Shown: positions 55,734 to 63,852 of the stretch, in pieces | Numbering within the stretch: the first letter of the stretch is position 1 | How the letters are laid out: each line of letters opens with the position of its first letter | Assembly (NCBI GenBank): GCA_041615815.1 | Contig: JBFJCP010000027.1 | Coordinates: forward strand, 1 to 63,852 | Reading direction: 5' to 3' | Length of the DNA: 63,852 nt | DNA from: Gemmatimonadales bacterium | GTDB lineage: Bacteria; Gemmatimonadota; Gemmatimonadetes; Gemmatimonadales; GWC2-71-9 | Notes under the pieces: model-generated | Databases searched by the model: none | Seen by the model: the letters and a program-made list of their open reading frames with translations, nothing else | What the model was told of the DNA's origin: nothing | Translations under genes and position numbers: made by a program

Positions 55734-55788
55734 GGACCAATGTTACAGCAGGGGCCGGGGAGCGGGGAGCGGCGTGGCGGTAATCGCT

Positions 55789-55816
55789 GCGACCCTGATG
55801 GCCAGCGATGCATCTA
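55789..55816 (+). promoter_or_regulatory. candidate ECF-type autoregulatory promoter
   Basis: GCGACC, 16 nt spacer, CATCTA, ending 9 nt before the sigma ATG. Confidence 0.4.
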
Positions 55817-55825
55817 TTGCTACGG

Positions 55826-56377
55826 ATGACGGGAATGACTCTGGCAGCGATCGACGAGCTCGCCATTCGGCGCGCAAAGACCGGTGATCTCTCAGCGCTC
55901 GAACGTGTCTACCGTGCCTACGAGAGCACGGTGTACTCGATCGCTCGGAGGATCTGCCGGACCGAGGAGGATGCCGAGGACGTGCTCCAGGAGACGTTCC
56001 TAGAGGTTTGTAACAGTGTGCGCCGCTTCCGGGGGACGCGGCCGGGCAGTCTCACCGCGTGGATCAAGCGGATAGCGGCCAGCAAGGCGCTCATGAGGAT
56101 CCGTGCGGACAAATATCGGGACACCGACGAGTTTGACGAGGAGGGGGGTGCGGCAGCTCGAGCCGCCGCGGACGTGGGGCTCCAGCTCGACCTGGAAGGC
56201 GCCCTCTCGCGACTGTCGGATACGTCTCGAGCCGTGGTGTGGTTGCACGACGTGGAAGGTTACACACACGAGGAAATAGCCGAGCTGATGGGGAAGACGG
56301 TCAGTTTTTCCAAGTCGCAGCTGTCTCGCGCGCATGCGCGGTTGCGGAGGATGCTCGGTGAGGAGGGGCAATGCTAA
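55826..56377 (+). CDS. ECF RNA polymerase sigma factor
   Basis: DAEDVLQETF, AWIKRIA, LHDVEGYTHEEIA, SKSQLSRA; start could be 55826 or 55835. Confidence 0.92.
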   Translation: MTGMTLAAIDELAIRRAKTGDLSALERVYRAYESTVYSIARRICRTEEDAEDVLQETFLEVCNSVRRFRGTRPGSLTAWIKRIAASKALMRIRADKYRDTDEFDEEGGAAARAAADVGLQLDLEGALSRLSDTSRAVVWLHDVEGYTHEEIAELMGKTVSFSKSQLSRAHARLRRMLGEEGQC

Positions 56378-56973
56378 GACATTGCACGATGAGTGAACTG
56401 CTGGAGATCCGCGACGGTGGCGGGCCCGCGGCGGCGCGAGCGCATGTCGACGAATGCGCGGCGTGCCAGGATGAGTTGGACCGGTTGCACCAGCGGGTGG
56501 CGATGCTCAAGGCACTCCCCCACGTGGGTGCGCCCCGGGATCGGTGGCCGGCCATCCGGGACGCCGTCGAGGCGGGGCGGCGGCAGCGCTGGTACCAACG
56601 TCTGGCCTTCGGAGGATTAGCGGCCGCCGCCGCTTTGGTGATGGGCCTGGGTCTTCGCGCGGTGGTTCCCCAGGCCAACCCTGTCGGTGACACGATGGTC
56701 GATCCAGCCGACGTCGAGACGTTGATGGGCGAGTCGCGCCAGCTCGAGGAGCTTTTGGCGACCGTGCCACGCGGGAGGGTCCTGGATGGCCTGACCGCGA
56801 GTGCAATCGCGGACCTCGAAGACCGGATCTCGTTGGTGGACGTGGGAATCGACGAGGCCCGCACCGTTCGAGCTACTCCCGAACAGGTGGCGTCACTGTG
56901 GCGGCAACGGGTGGCACTGATGGACGCTCTCGTTCAGGTACATGTGCGAGAGGTGGGATACGCTGGCTTTTGA
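56371..56973 (+). CDS. zinc-binding (HxxxCxxC) transmembrane anti-sigma factor
   Basis: HVDECAAC, single TM helix (LAAAAALVMGLGL); overlaps the sigma gene. Confidence 0.82.
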   Translation: MLRHCTMSELLEIRDGGGPAAARAHVDECAACQDELDRLHQRVAMLKALPHVGAPRDRWPAIRDAVEAGRRQRWYQRLAFGGLAAAAALVMGLGLRAVVPQANPVGDTMVDPADVETLMGESRQLEELLATVPRGRVLDGLTASAIADLEDRISLVDVGIDEARTVRATPEQVASLWRQRVALMDALVQVHVREVGYAGF

Positions 56974-56978
56974 GGAAG

Positions 56979-57050
56979 TGCCGGTGGCCTCGGACTCGAC
57001 GAGCCAAATCCTGCGAAGGCGAGTCTGTACCTGGTCCGAGGCTGCCGGCA
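56979..57050 (+). other. structured intergenic RNA element
   Basis: 17-bp stem TGCCGGTGGCCTCGGAC/GTCCGAGGCTGCCGGCA with two G-U pairs, enclosing CCT-GCGA-AGG. Confidence 0.55.
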
Positions 57051-57077
57051 ACGCTGAGTAAAGGAGAATGTGGATTC

Positions 57078-58118
57078 ATGAAGACGAAATATCTGATTGC
57101 GGCTTTGCTGGCCCTCGGTGTGGCGGCGCCCGGTTCGGGTTTCGCCCAGGACCGTGAAAACGACCGAGAGCGGCGGATGCAAGAGGCGGAGGAGCGTCTC
57201 GAGGCGGCGCGCCGCGCCGTCGAAGGGGCGCTGCGCAACATTCGGGAACACGAGTCGGACGCCCGGCGCGAGCTCACGCGGGCGATGCAAGAGCTGCAGC
57301 TCGCCGAGCGGAGTCTGTACGGATGGCGAATTCGAGACCAACTGCGGAACATCGTCGTGCTGCCGGGTGGTGATGAAACTCGGTCGTGGGTCCGGGTGTT
57401 CGAGGACGATCGGCCGAGAATGGGTGTGATCCTCCAAAACGAAGGATCGGGCGGAGCGAACGCCGACGGTGCGCGGATCCAAGCAGTGACACCGGGAGGC
57501 CCAGCCGACGAAGCCGGTCTCAAGGCGGGTGACGTCGTCACCGAGATCGGTGGAGCGTCGCTGAAGGGTAGTGGCCGTGGTGGCGAGCGTCCCGGTGAGA
57601 AGCTGGCTCGTATCGTCCGAGAATCGGACGAAGGGGACACGCTCACGGTTGCCTACCTGCGGGATGGGACTTCGCGCTCGACCCGAATCGTGGTTCGTTC
57701 GCTCGGCCCTGATGCGTACGCGTTCGGATGGTCGAGCGATAGCAATGACGTCCGGTTCGACGTCGACCTCCCGGGGCTGCGAATCGGCGACGTCCGGATG
57801 CCCCGTGTCGACCTCGCCCCGCTCCGCGTTCGGTTACCACATTTGTGGCTCGACCTCGAGCTGGTGACGTTGGACGATCAGCTGGGGGAATACTTCGGAA
57901 CAAGGGAGGGGCTCTTGGTGGTACGGGCGCCCTCTCAGTCCTCGCTGAACCTCAGGAGCGGTGACGTGATTCTGAGTATCGACGGCCGCGAGCCGGCGAG
58001 CCCCTCACATGCACTCCGGATTCTCCGGTCCTACGATCCGGGCGAGTCGATGGAGATCACGATCATGCGGAACAAGCGCCGCACGACAGTCACCGGGACG
58101 GTGCCGGAGCGGGAATAG
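57078..58118 (+). CDS. secreted coiled-coil + tandem PDZ domain protein
   Basis: Signal peptide, coiled coil, RMGV...VTPGGPADEAGLKAGDVV, second PDZ GLLVV...LRSGDVILSIDG; SD AAGGAG. Confidence 0.85.
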   Translation: MKTKYLIAALLALGVAAPGSGFAQDRENDRERRMQEAEERLEAARRAVEGALRNIREHESDARRELTRAMQELQLAERSLYGWRIRDQLRNIVVLPGGDETRSWVRVFEDDRPRMGVILQNEGSGGANADGARIQAVTPGGPADEAGLKAGDVVTEIGGASLKGSGRGGERPGEKLARIVRESDEGDTLTVAYLRDGTSRSTRIVVRSLGPDAYAFGWSSDSNDVRFDVDLPGLRIGDVRMPRVDLAPLRVRLPHLWLDLELVTLDDQLGEYFGTREGLLVVRAPSQSSLNLRSGDVILSIDGREPASPSHALRILRSYDPGESMEITIMRNKRRTTVTGTVPERE

Positions 58119-58146
58119 GCCGAAAGGTCCGAAGTCCAGGGGTTTC

Positions 58147-58178
58147 GAAGGACGGATGGCGAGCGCTTTCCGTCCTTC
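58147..58178 (+). terminator. terminator-like hairpin after the PDZ gene
   Basis: GAAGGACGGA/TCCGTCCTTC 10-bp stem followed by ATGTT. Confidence 0.55.
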
Positions 58179-58222
58179 ATGTTCGTCACCCGTTTGCGCC
58201 CGCCGCACACGCTTCGCCCGCC

Positions 58223-58251
58223 TTGCCAGCGCCGTTTTCCGGCACCATCCT
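58223..58251 (+). promoter_or_regulatory. sigma70-type promoter for the DoxX gene
   Basis: TTGCCA, 17 nt spacer, CATCCT. Confidence 0.4.
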
Positions 58252-58348
58252 CTTGCTAGTCACGCACGACCACGGGATTGGCCCGAGCCCGATCAATCTG
58301 GTCTGCCCAACACCGAGCGGCCCATGTGTGTGGGAGGATGAGAGACTG

Positions 58349-58765
58349 ATGCCCGAGTATCTCTGGCTGTGGTGGCCGTGGATGCACCTGGCCGGCCGCA
58401 TTCTGTTCTCGACGTTTTTCATCGTCTTCGGTCTGAATCACCTGTTCCGATCCCGCGAGGTCGCCGCCTACTTCGAACGGAAACACGTGCCGGGCCCCCG
58501 GCCCGTGGCCTTCGTCACGGGTTTGATGCTGACAGCCGGAGGCCTGTCGCTGCTTCTGGGATGGAGTCGCTTCATTGGAGCCGGCCTCCTCTTCCTCGTC
58601 TTGTTTCCGGGCGCTTTTGCGCTCCACCCGTTCTGGCGCGAATCCGATCCGGAAACGCGGTTGAGTGAGCGCGCCCAATTCCTCATGACCCTCTCGCTGG
58701 CGGGCGCTGCTTTGTTCGTGGCCTACTACGGCCATACCTGGTGGCCGCTCAGCATCGCGAACTAG
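58349..58765 (+). CDS. DoxX family membrane protein
   Basis: GRILFSTFF...GLNH, GGLSLLLG, HPFW, SLAGAAL; SD GGGAGG. Confidence 0.85.
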   Translation: MPEYLWLWWPWMHLAGRILFSTFFIVFGLNHLFRSREVAAYFERKHVPGPRPVAFVTGLMLTAGGLSLLLGWSRFIGAGLLFLVLFPGAFALHPFWRESDPETRLSERAQFLMTLSLAGAALFVAYYGHTWWPLSIAN

Positions 58766-58854
58766 CGCCGATCCGAAGCGCCACGTCCGGGGGCTGGAGC
58801 CCTCGGGCACTTGGCGTTCTCCACCTCGCCGATCCCCCCATGCGGCCGAACCCC

Positions 58855-58897
58855 TTGACGCGTTAGATATATCGCGAGATATTACCCGATATATCTA
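58855..58897 (+). promoter_or_regulatory. padR promoter with overlapping inverted-repeat operator
   Basis: TTGACG, 17 nt spacer, GATATT; TAGATATATCG (58864-58874) and CGATATATCTA (58887-58897) flank the -10. Confidence 0.7.
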
Positions 58898-58944
58898 GAC
58901 GTTGTATCGTGTACGTGCCGTTGTGCACGCTCAGGAGGCTCCAG

Positions 58945-59490
58945 ATGACACACAGGGCTTTTGGATTTGGTTTCAGTCCCGGTGAAGGATGGTGGTGGGG
59001 AGGCCCACGCCACCGGCGCCGAGGACGTCGTCGGTGGTTCGAGTCCGGTGACATGAAATACGTCATTCTCCAGCTCCTCAAGGACAAGCCCATGCACGGC
59101 TACGAGGTCATGAAGGCGCTGGAGGAGCAGACCCAGGGGTGTTACAAGCCATCTCCGGGCACGGTCTATCCCACGCTGCAGTGGTTGGAGGATGAGGGGC
59201 TCGTCCGGGGTGAGGATGTGGAGGGCAAGAAGGTCTATGCCATCACGGACGCTGGACTGGAGTTCCTCGAGAAACACAAGGGAACGGTGGAGGACATCTT
59301 CGACCGAGTCGAGGAAACGATCGATTCGCTCTTCAGTGATCCCATGCCCGAGGTCACCCGTCTCGTGGGCCGGCTCGTGAGCCAAGCCTACCGCGGAGCG
59401 TGGAAGCTCCGGGATGATAAGGAGCGCCGCGGCCGAGTCGTCGAGGTTCTGGAGCGAAGCCTGAAGGAGCTGGACGAAATCCTCGCCTGA
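58945..59490 (+). CDS. PadR family transcriptional regulator
   Basis: GDMKYVILQLL, PMHGYEVM, PSPGTVYPTLQWLEDEG, KKVYAITDAG; SD AGGAGG. Confidence 0.92.
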   Translation: MTHRAFGFGFSPGEGWWWGGPRHRRRGRRRWFESGDMKYVILQLLKDKPMHGYEVMKALEEQTQGCYKPSPGTVYPTLQWLEDEGLVRGEDVEGKKVYAITDAGLEFLEKHKGTVEDIFDRVEETIDSLFSDPMPEVTRLVGRLVSQAYRGAWKLRDDKERRGRVVEVLERSLKELDEILA

Positions 59491-59499
59491 TGCACAGAG

Positions 59500-59528
59500 C
59501 CGGCCGGGATTGCTGCTCTCCCGGCCGG
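59500..59528 (+). terminator. hairpin after padR
   Basis: CCGGCCGGGA, 9-nt loop, TCCCGGCCGG; no U-tract. Confidence 0.5.
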
Positions 59529-59804
59529 TCTCATCCCATCTCTGTGCGCACGTACGATGTTTCTTGCCGGCTGCTTTGAGTCTCTGAGGCATCCGCCGAT
59601 ACTACCCACCTGATGGGCAACGGCGGCTGGGGCGGCGGGGTTTCCGGGCGGATTCCAGAGGTCGCAGACGAAGGGCGCCCGTCCTGTCGTCGGCTCGGAG
59701 GAGCGCGTACCACACCAGCCCATGAGAACCAGAGCCACTGGACCTCGCCCCACGTATCGCCCAGCTTGTCGGCAACGGCCAGAGAGCTGATAGGGGGTAA
59801 GACC

Positions 59805-60086
59805 ATGGCACCACCAAGACGTCGCGGCCTGGGAGCGCGATTGCTGTGGACGATCGTGTTGTTCGCCTTGGGTGCCGGCACCGGGTACTATGTGCGGGAT
59901 CGTCAGCAGCGTAACGAGGTGCGCGAGGCAGTTCAGCGCGCGCGAGGAGAGATGGAGGACGCGGCGCTCGAAGCTATCGAGCGGGCGCGCCGCGCTGGTG
60001 GGGACCTTCGGTCCGGCGCAGAAGCGGCTGCCGAAAGCACCAAGGCGGCCTTCCGGGAGTTGGTGGGAACGGCCGATCCTCGGTAA
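59805..60086 (+). CDS. small membrane-anchored hypothetical protein
   Basis: MAPPRRRG, one TM helix (LLWTIVLFALGAGTGYYV), then an amphipathic helix; SD AGGGGG. Confidence 0.65.
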   Translation: MAPPRRRGLGARLLWTIVLFALGAGTGYYVRDRQQRNEVREAVQRARGEMEDAALEAIERARRAGGDLRSGAEAAAESTKAAFRELVGTADPR

Positions 60087-60102
60087 GCGGATCGGCCGTT
60101 CG

Positions 60103-60288
60103 TCATTCCTCGTTCGGGGCCGCGGTTTCTCGATTGGGCCGCTTCAAACGGCCGGCGTCCTTTAACGCCTTCCTGAGCAGAAACTCGATCTGGCCGTTGA
60201 CACTCCGCAGATCGTCGGCGGCCCATGTCTCGATCGCGCCGAGTACGCGGGGATCGATGCGTATCAAGAACGCCTTTCGCGGTGCCAT
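60103..60288 (-). CDS. Arc-like ribbon-helix-helix DNA-binding protein
   Basis: RKAFLIRIDP...WAADDLRSVNGQIEFLL; located downstream of the SPFH gene. Confidence 0.8.
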   Translation of the reverse strand: MAPRKAFLIRIDPRVLGAIETWAADDLRSVNGQIEFLLRKALKDAGRLKRPNRETAAPNEE

Positions 60289-60333
60289 ATCGATCAGGTG
60301 CGTGTCAGGTGAGGGCGCTAGATCGCTCGCGCG

Positions 60334-61200
60334 CTAGTACAACGAGCCGGCATTCACGACAGGTTGTGTGCCTCGATCGGCGCAGAGTACGACCAGCAGA
60401 TTGCTCACCATGGATGCCTTGCGTTCTTCATCGAGGTCGATGATCTGCTGACTCGACAGCTCCCGCAACGCCATCTCCACCATCCCAACGGCTCCGTCGA
60501 CGATCTTGCGGCGGGCCGCGACGATCGCACTTGCCTGCTGACGCTGCAGCATGGCATTGGCGATCTCCGGTGCGTACGCCAGATGGCTGATCCGCGCCTC
60601 GATGACCTCCACACCCGCATTCGTGAGCCGATCTTGGATTTCTTTCTGCAGCCGCTCCGAGATCTCGCCTGTGTGACTGCTGAGGGATGTCTCTCCCTCT
60701 TCATGGGCGTCGTACGGGTAATTCACGGTGAGCGCCCGTAGCGCCGCTTCACTCTGCACGTGCACGTATTCGACGTAGTCGTCGACCTCGAAGAGGGCTT
60801 CGGCTGTATCCACCACGCGCCAGACGACCACCGTGGCGATCTCGATGGGATTGCTGTTGCGGTCGTTCACCTTGAGCTTGCCGGTCTCGAAGTTCCGCAC
60901 CCGTACAGAGACCTTCTGCTTGGTGTAGAACGGGTTGGCGTACCGAAGGCCCGGGGTCTTCACCGATCCCACGTATTTCCCGAAGAGCTGCAGCACCCGC
61001 GCCTCGTTGGGATTCACCATGAAGAATCCCGCCCACAGAAACGTCACGACCAGCGCGGCGAACGCGGCCGCGATGATCGCGCCGGGGCTCTCCGCCATGA
61101 TGGAGCGGATGAGCCACAGCGTCACGACGACCGACCCGATCACTAGAGCAGCGAGCGCCACGTATCCGGAAGCGACCTCGCGTTTGATTTCGCGGATCAC
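60334..61200 (-). CDS. SPFH (band 7) domain membrane protein
   Basis: Two TM helices, [51 protein letters not shown] start with GAGGA. Confidence 0.92.
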   Translation of the reverse strand: MIREIKREVASGYVALAALVIGSVVVTLWLIRSIMAESPGAIIAAAFAALVVTFLWAGFFMVNPNEARVLQLFGKYVGSVKTPGLRYANPFYTKQKVSVRVRNFETGKLKVNDRNSNPIEIATVVVWRVVDTAEALFEVDDYVEYVHVQSEAALRALTVNYPYDAHEEGETSLSSHTGEISERLQKEIQDRLTNAGVEVIEARISHLAYAPEIANAMLQRQQASAIVAARRKIVDGAVGMVEMALRELSSQQIIDLDEERKASMVSNLLVVLCADRGTQPVVNAGSLY

Positions 61201-61229
61201 GGGTGTCCTCCTGGTTGAGTGCTAGTAAT

Positions 61230-61259
61230 ATGATATCATTACGATAGCTTGATGTCAAG
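61230..61259 (-). promoter_or_regulatory. SPFH-Arc operon promoter with two TGATRTCA palindromes
   Basis: Minus strand TTGACA (61258-61253), 17 nt spacer, TATCAT (61235-61230); ATGATATCAT at 61230-61239 and CTTGATGTCAAG at 61248-61259. Confidence 0.75.
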
Positions 61260-61493
61260 TCACGTGCCCAGCCACACCAACGGGATCGTTGAACGACACT
61301 CTCTCATCTGCTCCCCAATGCACATCCCCACACGCGCCGCAAACCGGGGCCCGGAGGCACCAGCATGACCTTCGACTCTCGCGGTTTGACGAATTCGTTC
61401 TCTCGGGCGGGTTCCCTTGGACCGGCCGCATTGCTATCGTGCGGCCGCATCTCGATCAACCCCTCGATCCAGCCCGCTCGTAGGAGCCGGACC

Positions 61494-62867
61494 ATGCGCC
61501 CTCTCGCTGCGGTCGTCTTGGCGATCGTCGTCGTCTTGCCCAGCCCAGTTCCGGCGCAAGACGTTGCACCGGCGGACCACGTGATACTGATCTCGATCGA
61601 CGGTCTGCGGCCGGATTTCTATCTCGATCGCCACTGGCCGGCCCCGGTGCTTCAACGGATGGCCCAGCAAGGTGCCCACGCCCGCACGGTTCGTGGGGTT
61701 TTCCCATCCGTCACGTATCCCTCGCACACGACGATCGTGACGGGGGCGCTCCCCGCCCGCCACGGGATCTTCTACAACACGCCTTTCGAGGCCGACAGCC
61801 AGACCGGGCGGTGGTACTGGGATTACGATGCGATTCGCGCTCGCACGCTGTGGCTCGCGGCACGTGATGCGGGGATGACCACGGCGAGCATCTTCTGGCC
61901 GGTCACGGTCGGGGCACCCATCGACCACAACGTGCCCGAAGTCTGGTCCTTGGACTCGGATGTCACGATGGTCGACATGATCCGGGCCGCCTCGACGGAA
62001 GGACTCCTCGACGAGTTGGAGCGGGAAGCCACGGGCCGGCTCGTCATGTACGATTCAACGGGGCCAATCGTGGGCTTCGACTCCAGTTGGTGGGATCCTC
62101 GCCGGGTGGCGATGGCGGAGTATTTGATCGCGACGGCCCGTCCCAACCTCATGACGATTCACCTGATCGCCACCGATGCGGCCCAGCACGGCGTTGGACG
62201 AAGTGGCGCACGAGCGCGCGAGGCCGTGGCCGGTGTCGACCGAGCGATCGGTCGTCTCGTGGAAACGGTGGAACGACTCGGCATTCTGGACCGGGTGACG
62301 TTTGTCGTCACTGGCGATCATGGGTTTGTGGATGTCGATACGAGAATCGCCCCCAATGTGTGGTTGGCAGAGGCGGGCCTGCTCGAGGCCGGGCGCGATC
62401 ACGGTGATTGGCGCGCCAGATTCCACACCGCCGGCGGGAGTGCCTTCTTGCATCTCCGCGAAACGGGTGACGGGGAGACGTTGGGCAGTGTCAGACGCAA
62501 GCTCAACGAGTTGCCTCCCGGCATCACGAAACTCTTTCAGATTGTGGAGCGTGATGCTCTCGACCGGATCGGCGCGGATCCGCGGGTGCCCTTCGCGCTG
62601 GCTGGGACACAAGGGGTGGCTTTCTCGTCGAGCACACGTGGCCCTGCCGTTCGGCCAGGGTCCGGTGGCTCCCACGGTTTTCTGCCCGACTTCCATCCGG
62701 ACATCGCCACGGGTCTGGTGATGTGGGGGGCCGGGGTCCGCGAGGGTGCGGTCATCGCCAGTATGGGTCTTGAGGACGTTGCCCCGCTTGTGGCGAGTCT
62801 GCTGGGCATCGCGTTTGAGGTCCCGGACGGTATCCTCCGGGCGGGCGCGCTGGAGCGCTCGAGATAG
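61494..62867 (+). CDS. alkaline phosphatase superfamily / nucleotide pyrophosphatase-phosphodiesterase
   Basis: Signal peptide, LISIDGLR, PSVTYPSH, DAAQH, TGDHG, GSHG; SD AGGAG. Confidence 0.88.
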   Translation: MRPLAAVVLAIVVVLPSPVPAQDVAPADHVILISIDGLRPDFYLDRHWPAPVLQRMAQQGAHARTVRGVFPSVTYPSHTTIVTGALPARHGIFYNTPFEADSQTGRWYWDYDAIRARTLWLAARDAGMTTASIFWPVTVGAPIDHNVPEVWSLDSDVTMVDMIRAASTEGLLDELEREATGRLVMYDSTGPIVGFDSSWWDPRRVAMAEYLIATARPNLMTIHLIATDAAQHGVGRSGARAREAVAGVDRAIGRLVETVERLGILDRVTFVVTGDHGFVDVDTRIAPNVWLAEAGLLEAGRDHGDWRARFHTAGGSAFLHLRETGDGETLGSVRRKLNELPPGITKLFQIVERDALDRIGADPRVPFALAGTQGVAFSSSTRGPAVRPGSGGSHGFLPDFHPDIATGLVMWGAGVREGAVIASMGLEDVAPLVASLLGIAFEVPDGILRAGALERSR

Positions 62868-62873
62868 ACCGGT

Positions 62874-63206
62874 TCAGCTGGTGTTCCGCGGCTCCCACTG
62901 GTAGCAATCCAACACGCGGCCCCCGAGATCGAACTCTATGCCCTCGGCCTGGAGCAACTGCCGCTGGACGTCGACGAACATGGGATCCGCTCTGCGGCTG
63001 ATCGCCCCCGCAGCGTTGATCACGCGATGCCACGGGACGGCATCGTCTTCGAGCGCCCGCAGGGCGTAACCTACCTGCCGTGCGTGCCGCGGCAGTCCTG
63101 CCAGACGCGCTACTTGGCCGTACGTCGCGACACGACCCGCGGGGATCCTTCGGACAACGTCGTAAATCCGCGCGTACGTACCCGCTGACGGTCGGCTACG
63201 GGCCAT
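62874..63206 (-). CDS. alkyltransferase-like (ATL) MGMT-family DNA-binding protein
   Basis: IPAGRVATYGQVA, ARQVG, PWHRV (Trp in place of the catalytic Cys); SD GGAGG. Confidence 0.88.
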   Translation of the reverse strand: MARSRPSAGTYARIYDVVRRIPAGRVATYGQVARLAGLPRHARQVGYALRALEDDAVPWHRVINAAGAISRRADPMFVDVQRQLLQAEGIEFDLGGRVLDCYQWEPRNTS

Positions 63207-63226
63207 GGTGGCGATCCTCCGACTGC

Positions 63227-63706
63227 TCAACGGGCGGCACTATCCACATCGTCTTCCTCACGCCGTAAGAGCCTTCCTCCAAACAGGATACCCGCGGCGC
63301 CGATGAATGCCGTGAAGTACCCGTACCAGGGGGGTTGTTGAGCATGGCTCGCCGCTTCGAAGACGCTGACGCCCTCAGGTATGTCCGCCGGATCCGATGC
63401 GGGCCTGCTTGCCGAATTGTTGGCGGCGGCGAAAACGATCCCCAGTCCCAGCACGACACCGGCCAACACTTTCACGGGTGTGTTCGTCGGATCCCTCCCG
63501 ATTCGAGCTGCCACGACCCCCGCCAGGACCGCACCGAAGAATCCCAGAAGTCCGGCCACGGTCATCCAACCCGCAGTGACGTTGGTGGTCCCCGGCTCAA
63601 AGGCGAAATTCCTGCCGAGCACGAGCCAGGCAACACTCAGCGTCAGCATGACCCAAACTGACATGACGATGTAACCAACGATGACCGCAGCAATGGTTCT
63701 CAGCAT
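63227..63706 (-). CDS. hypothetical membrane protein
   Basis: Four hydrophobic helices, QPPWY motif; SD GAGG. Confidence 0.7.
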   Translation of the reverse strand: MLRTIAAVIVGYIVMSVWVMLTLSVAWLVLGRNFAFEPGTTNVTAGWMTVAGLLGFFGAVLAGVVAARIGRDPTNTPVKVLAGVVLGLGIVFAAANNSASRPASDPADIPEGVSVFEAASHAQQPPWYGYFTAFIGAAGILFGGRLLRREEDDVDSAAR

Positions 63707-63852
63707 GGAAGGTCCTCGAATCATGGACACCGCGCGCTCGGCGCGGCATAAAAGCTCGTCTCGTTGATCAGCACGGCTCGTTGCTGCTCAGCCACCGGCC
63801 AAAAGAACTCGCGACCGTCCGTGGCCTCTAAGACCAAGGTGGCAGTGCCGAG

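Noticed and set aside
56996..57033. c-di-GMP-I riboswitch (GCCAAA...GCGA loop)
   Set aside because: Only superficial similarity; no second hairpin with a tetraloop receptor. Kept as an unassigned structure
58338..58349. MRD mini-ORF overlapping the DoxX start
   Set aside because: Its ATG directly abuts the SD with no spacing; likely chance
59530..59804. Small gene or ncRNA downstream of padR
   Set aside because: Only short motif-less frames on either strand; possibly decayed sequence, but I cannot support a call
62874..63206. Active O6-methylguanine methyltransferase (ogt) or an inactivated pseudogene
   Set aside because: PWHRV is the normal signature of the known ATL family

Overview
High-GC bacterial chromosomal segment, gene-dense and mostly core or housekeeping. 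The gene content and protein styles suggest Gemmatimonadota, which is an inference. It holds about 57 CDS and one tRNA-Asn(GTT). I saw no CRISPR array, rRNA, integrase, transposase or prophage. Recognisable genes include thyA-folA, a squalene synthase, a thiolase with 3-hydroxyacyl-CoA dehydrogenase, dCMP deaminase, rnhA, selD, gyrA, serA, leuS, an ECF sigma/anti-sigma/PDZ module, PadR and an SPFH-Arc operon. The best candidate for an uncharacterised system is a translationally coupled four-gene operon (ATP-grasp, ATP-grasp, GNAT, KamA-type aminomutase), which may build an acylated beta-amino-acid peptide. Other signals the ORF track misses: (1) selD has an in-frame UGA (Sec23) followed by a SECIS-like hairpin; (2) the gyrA leader has mutually exclusive terminator/antiterminator hairpins plus a coupled mini-ORF; (3) two copies of a TAA-N4-YT-N7-AA-N4-TTA dyad site lie upstream of the tRNA and of gyrA; (4) two probable CTG start codons; (5) a TPR-glycoside hydrolase/TPR-beta-barrel pair resembling a polysaccharide export module without its synthase; (6) a histone H1-like protein; (7) several structured intergenic RNAs. 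All calls come from reading motifs by eye; no database searches were run.
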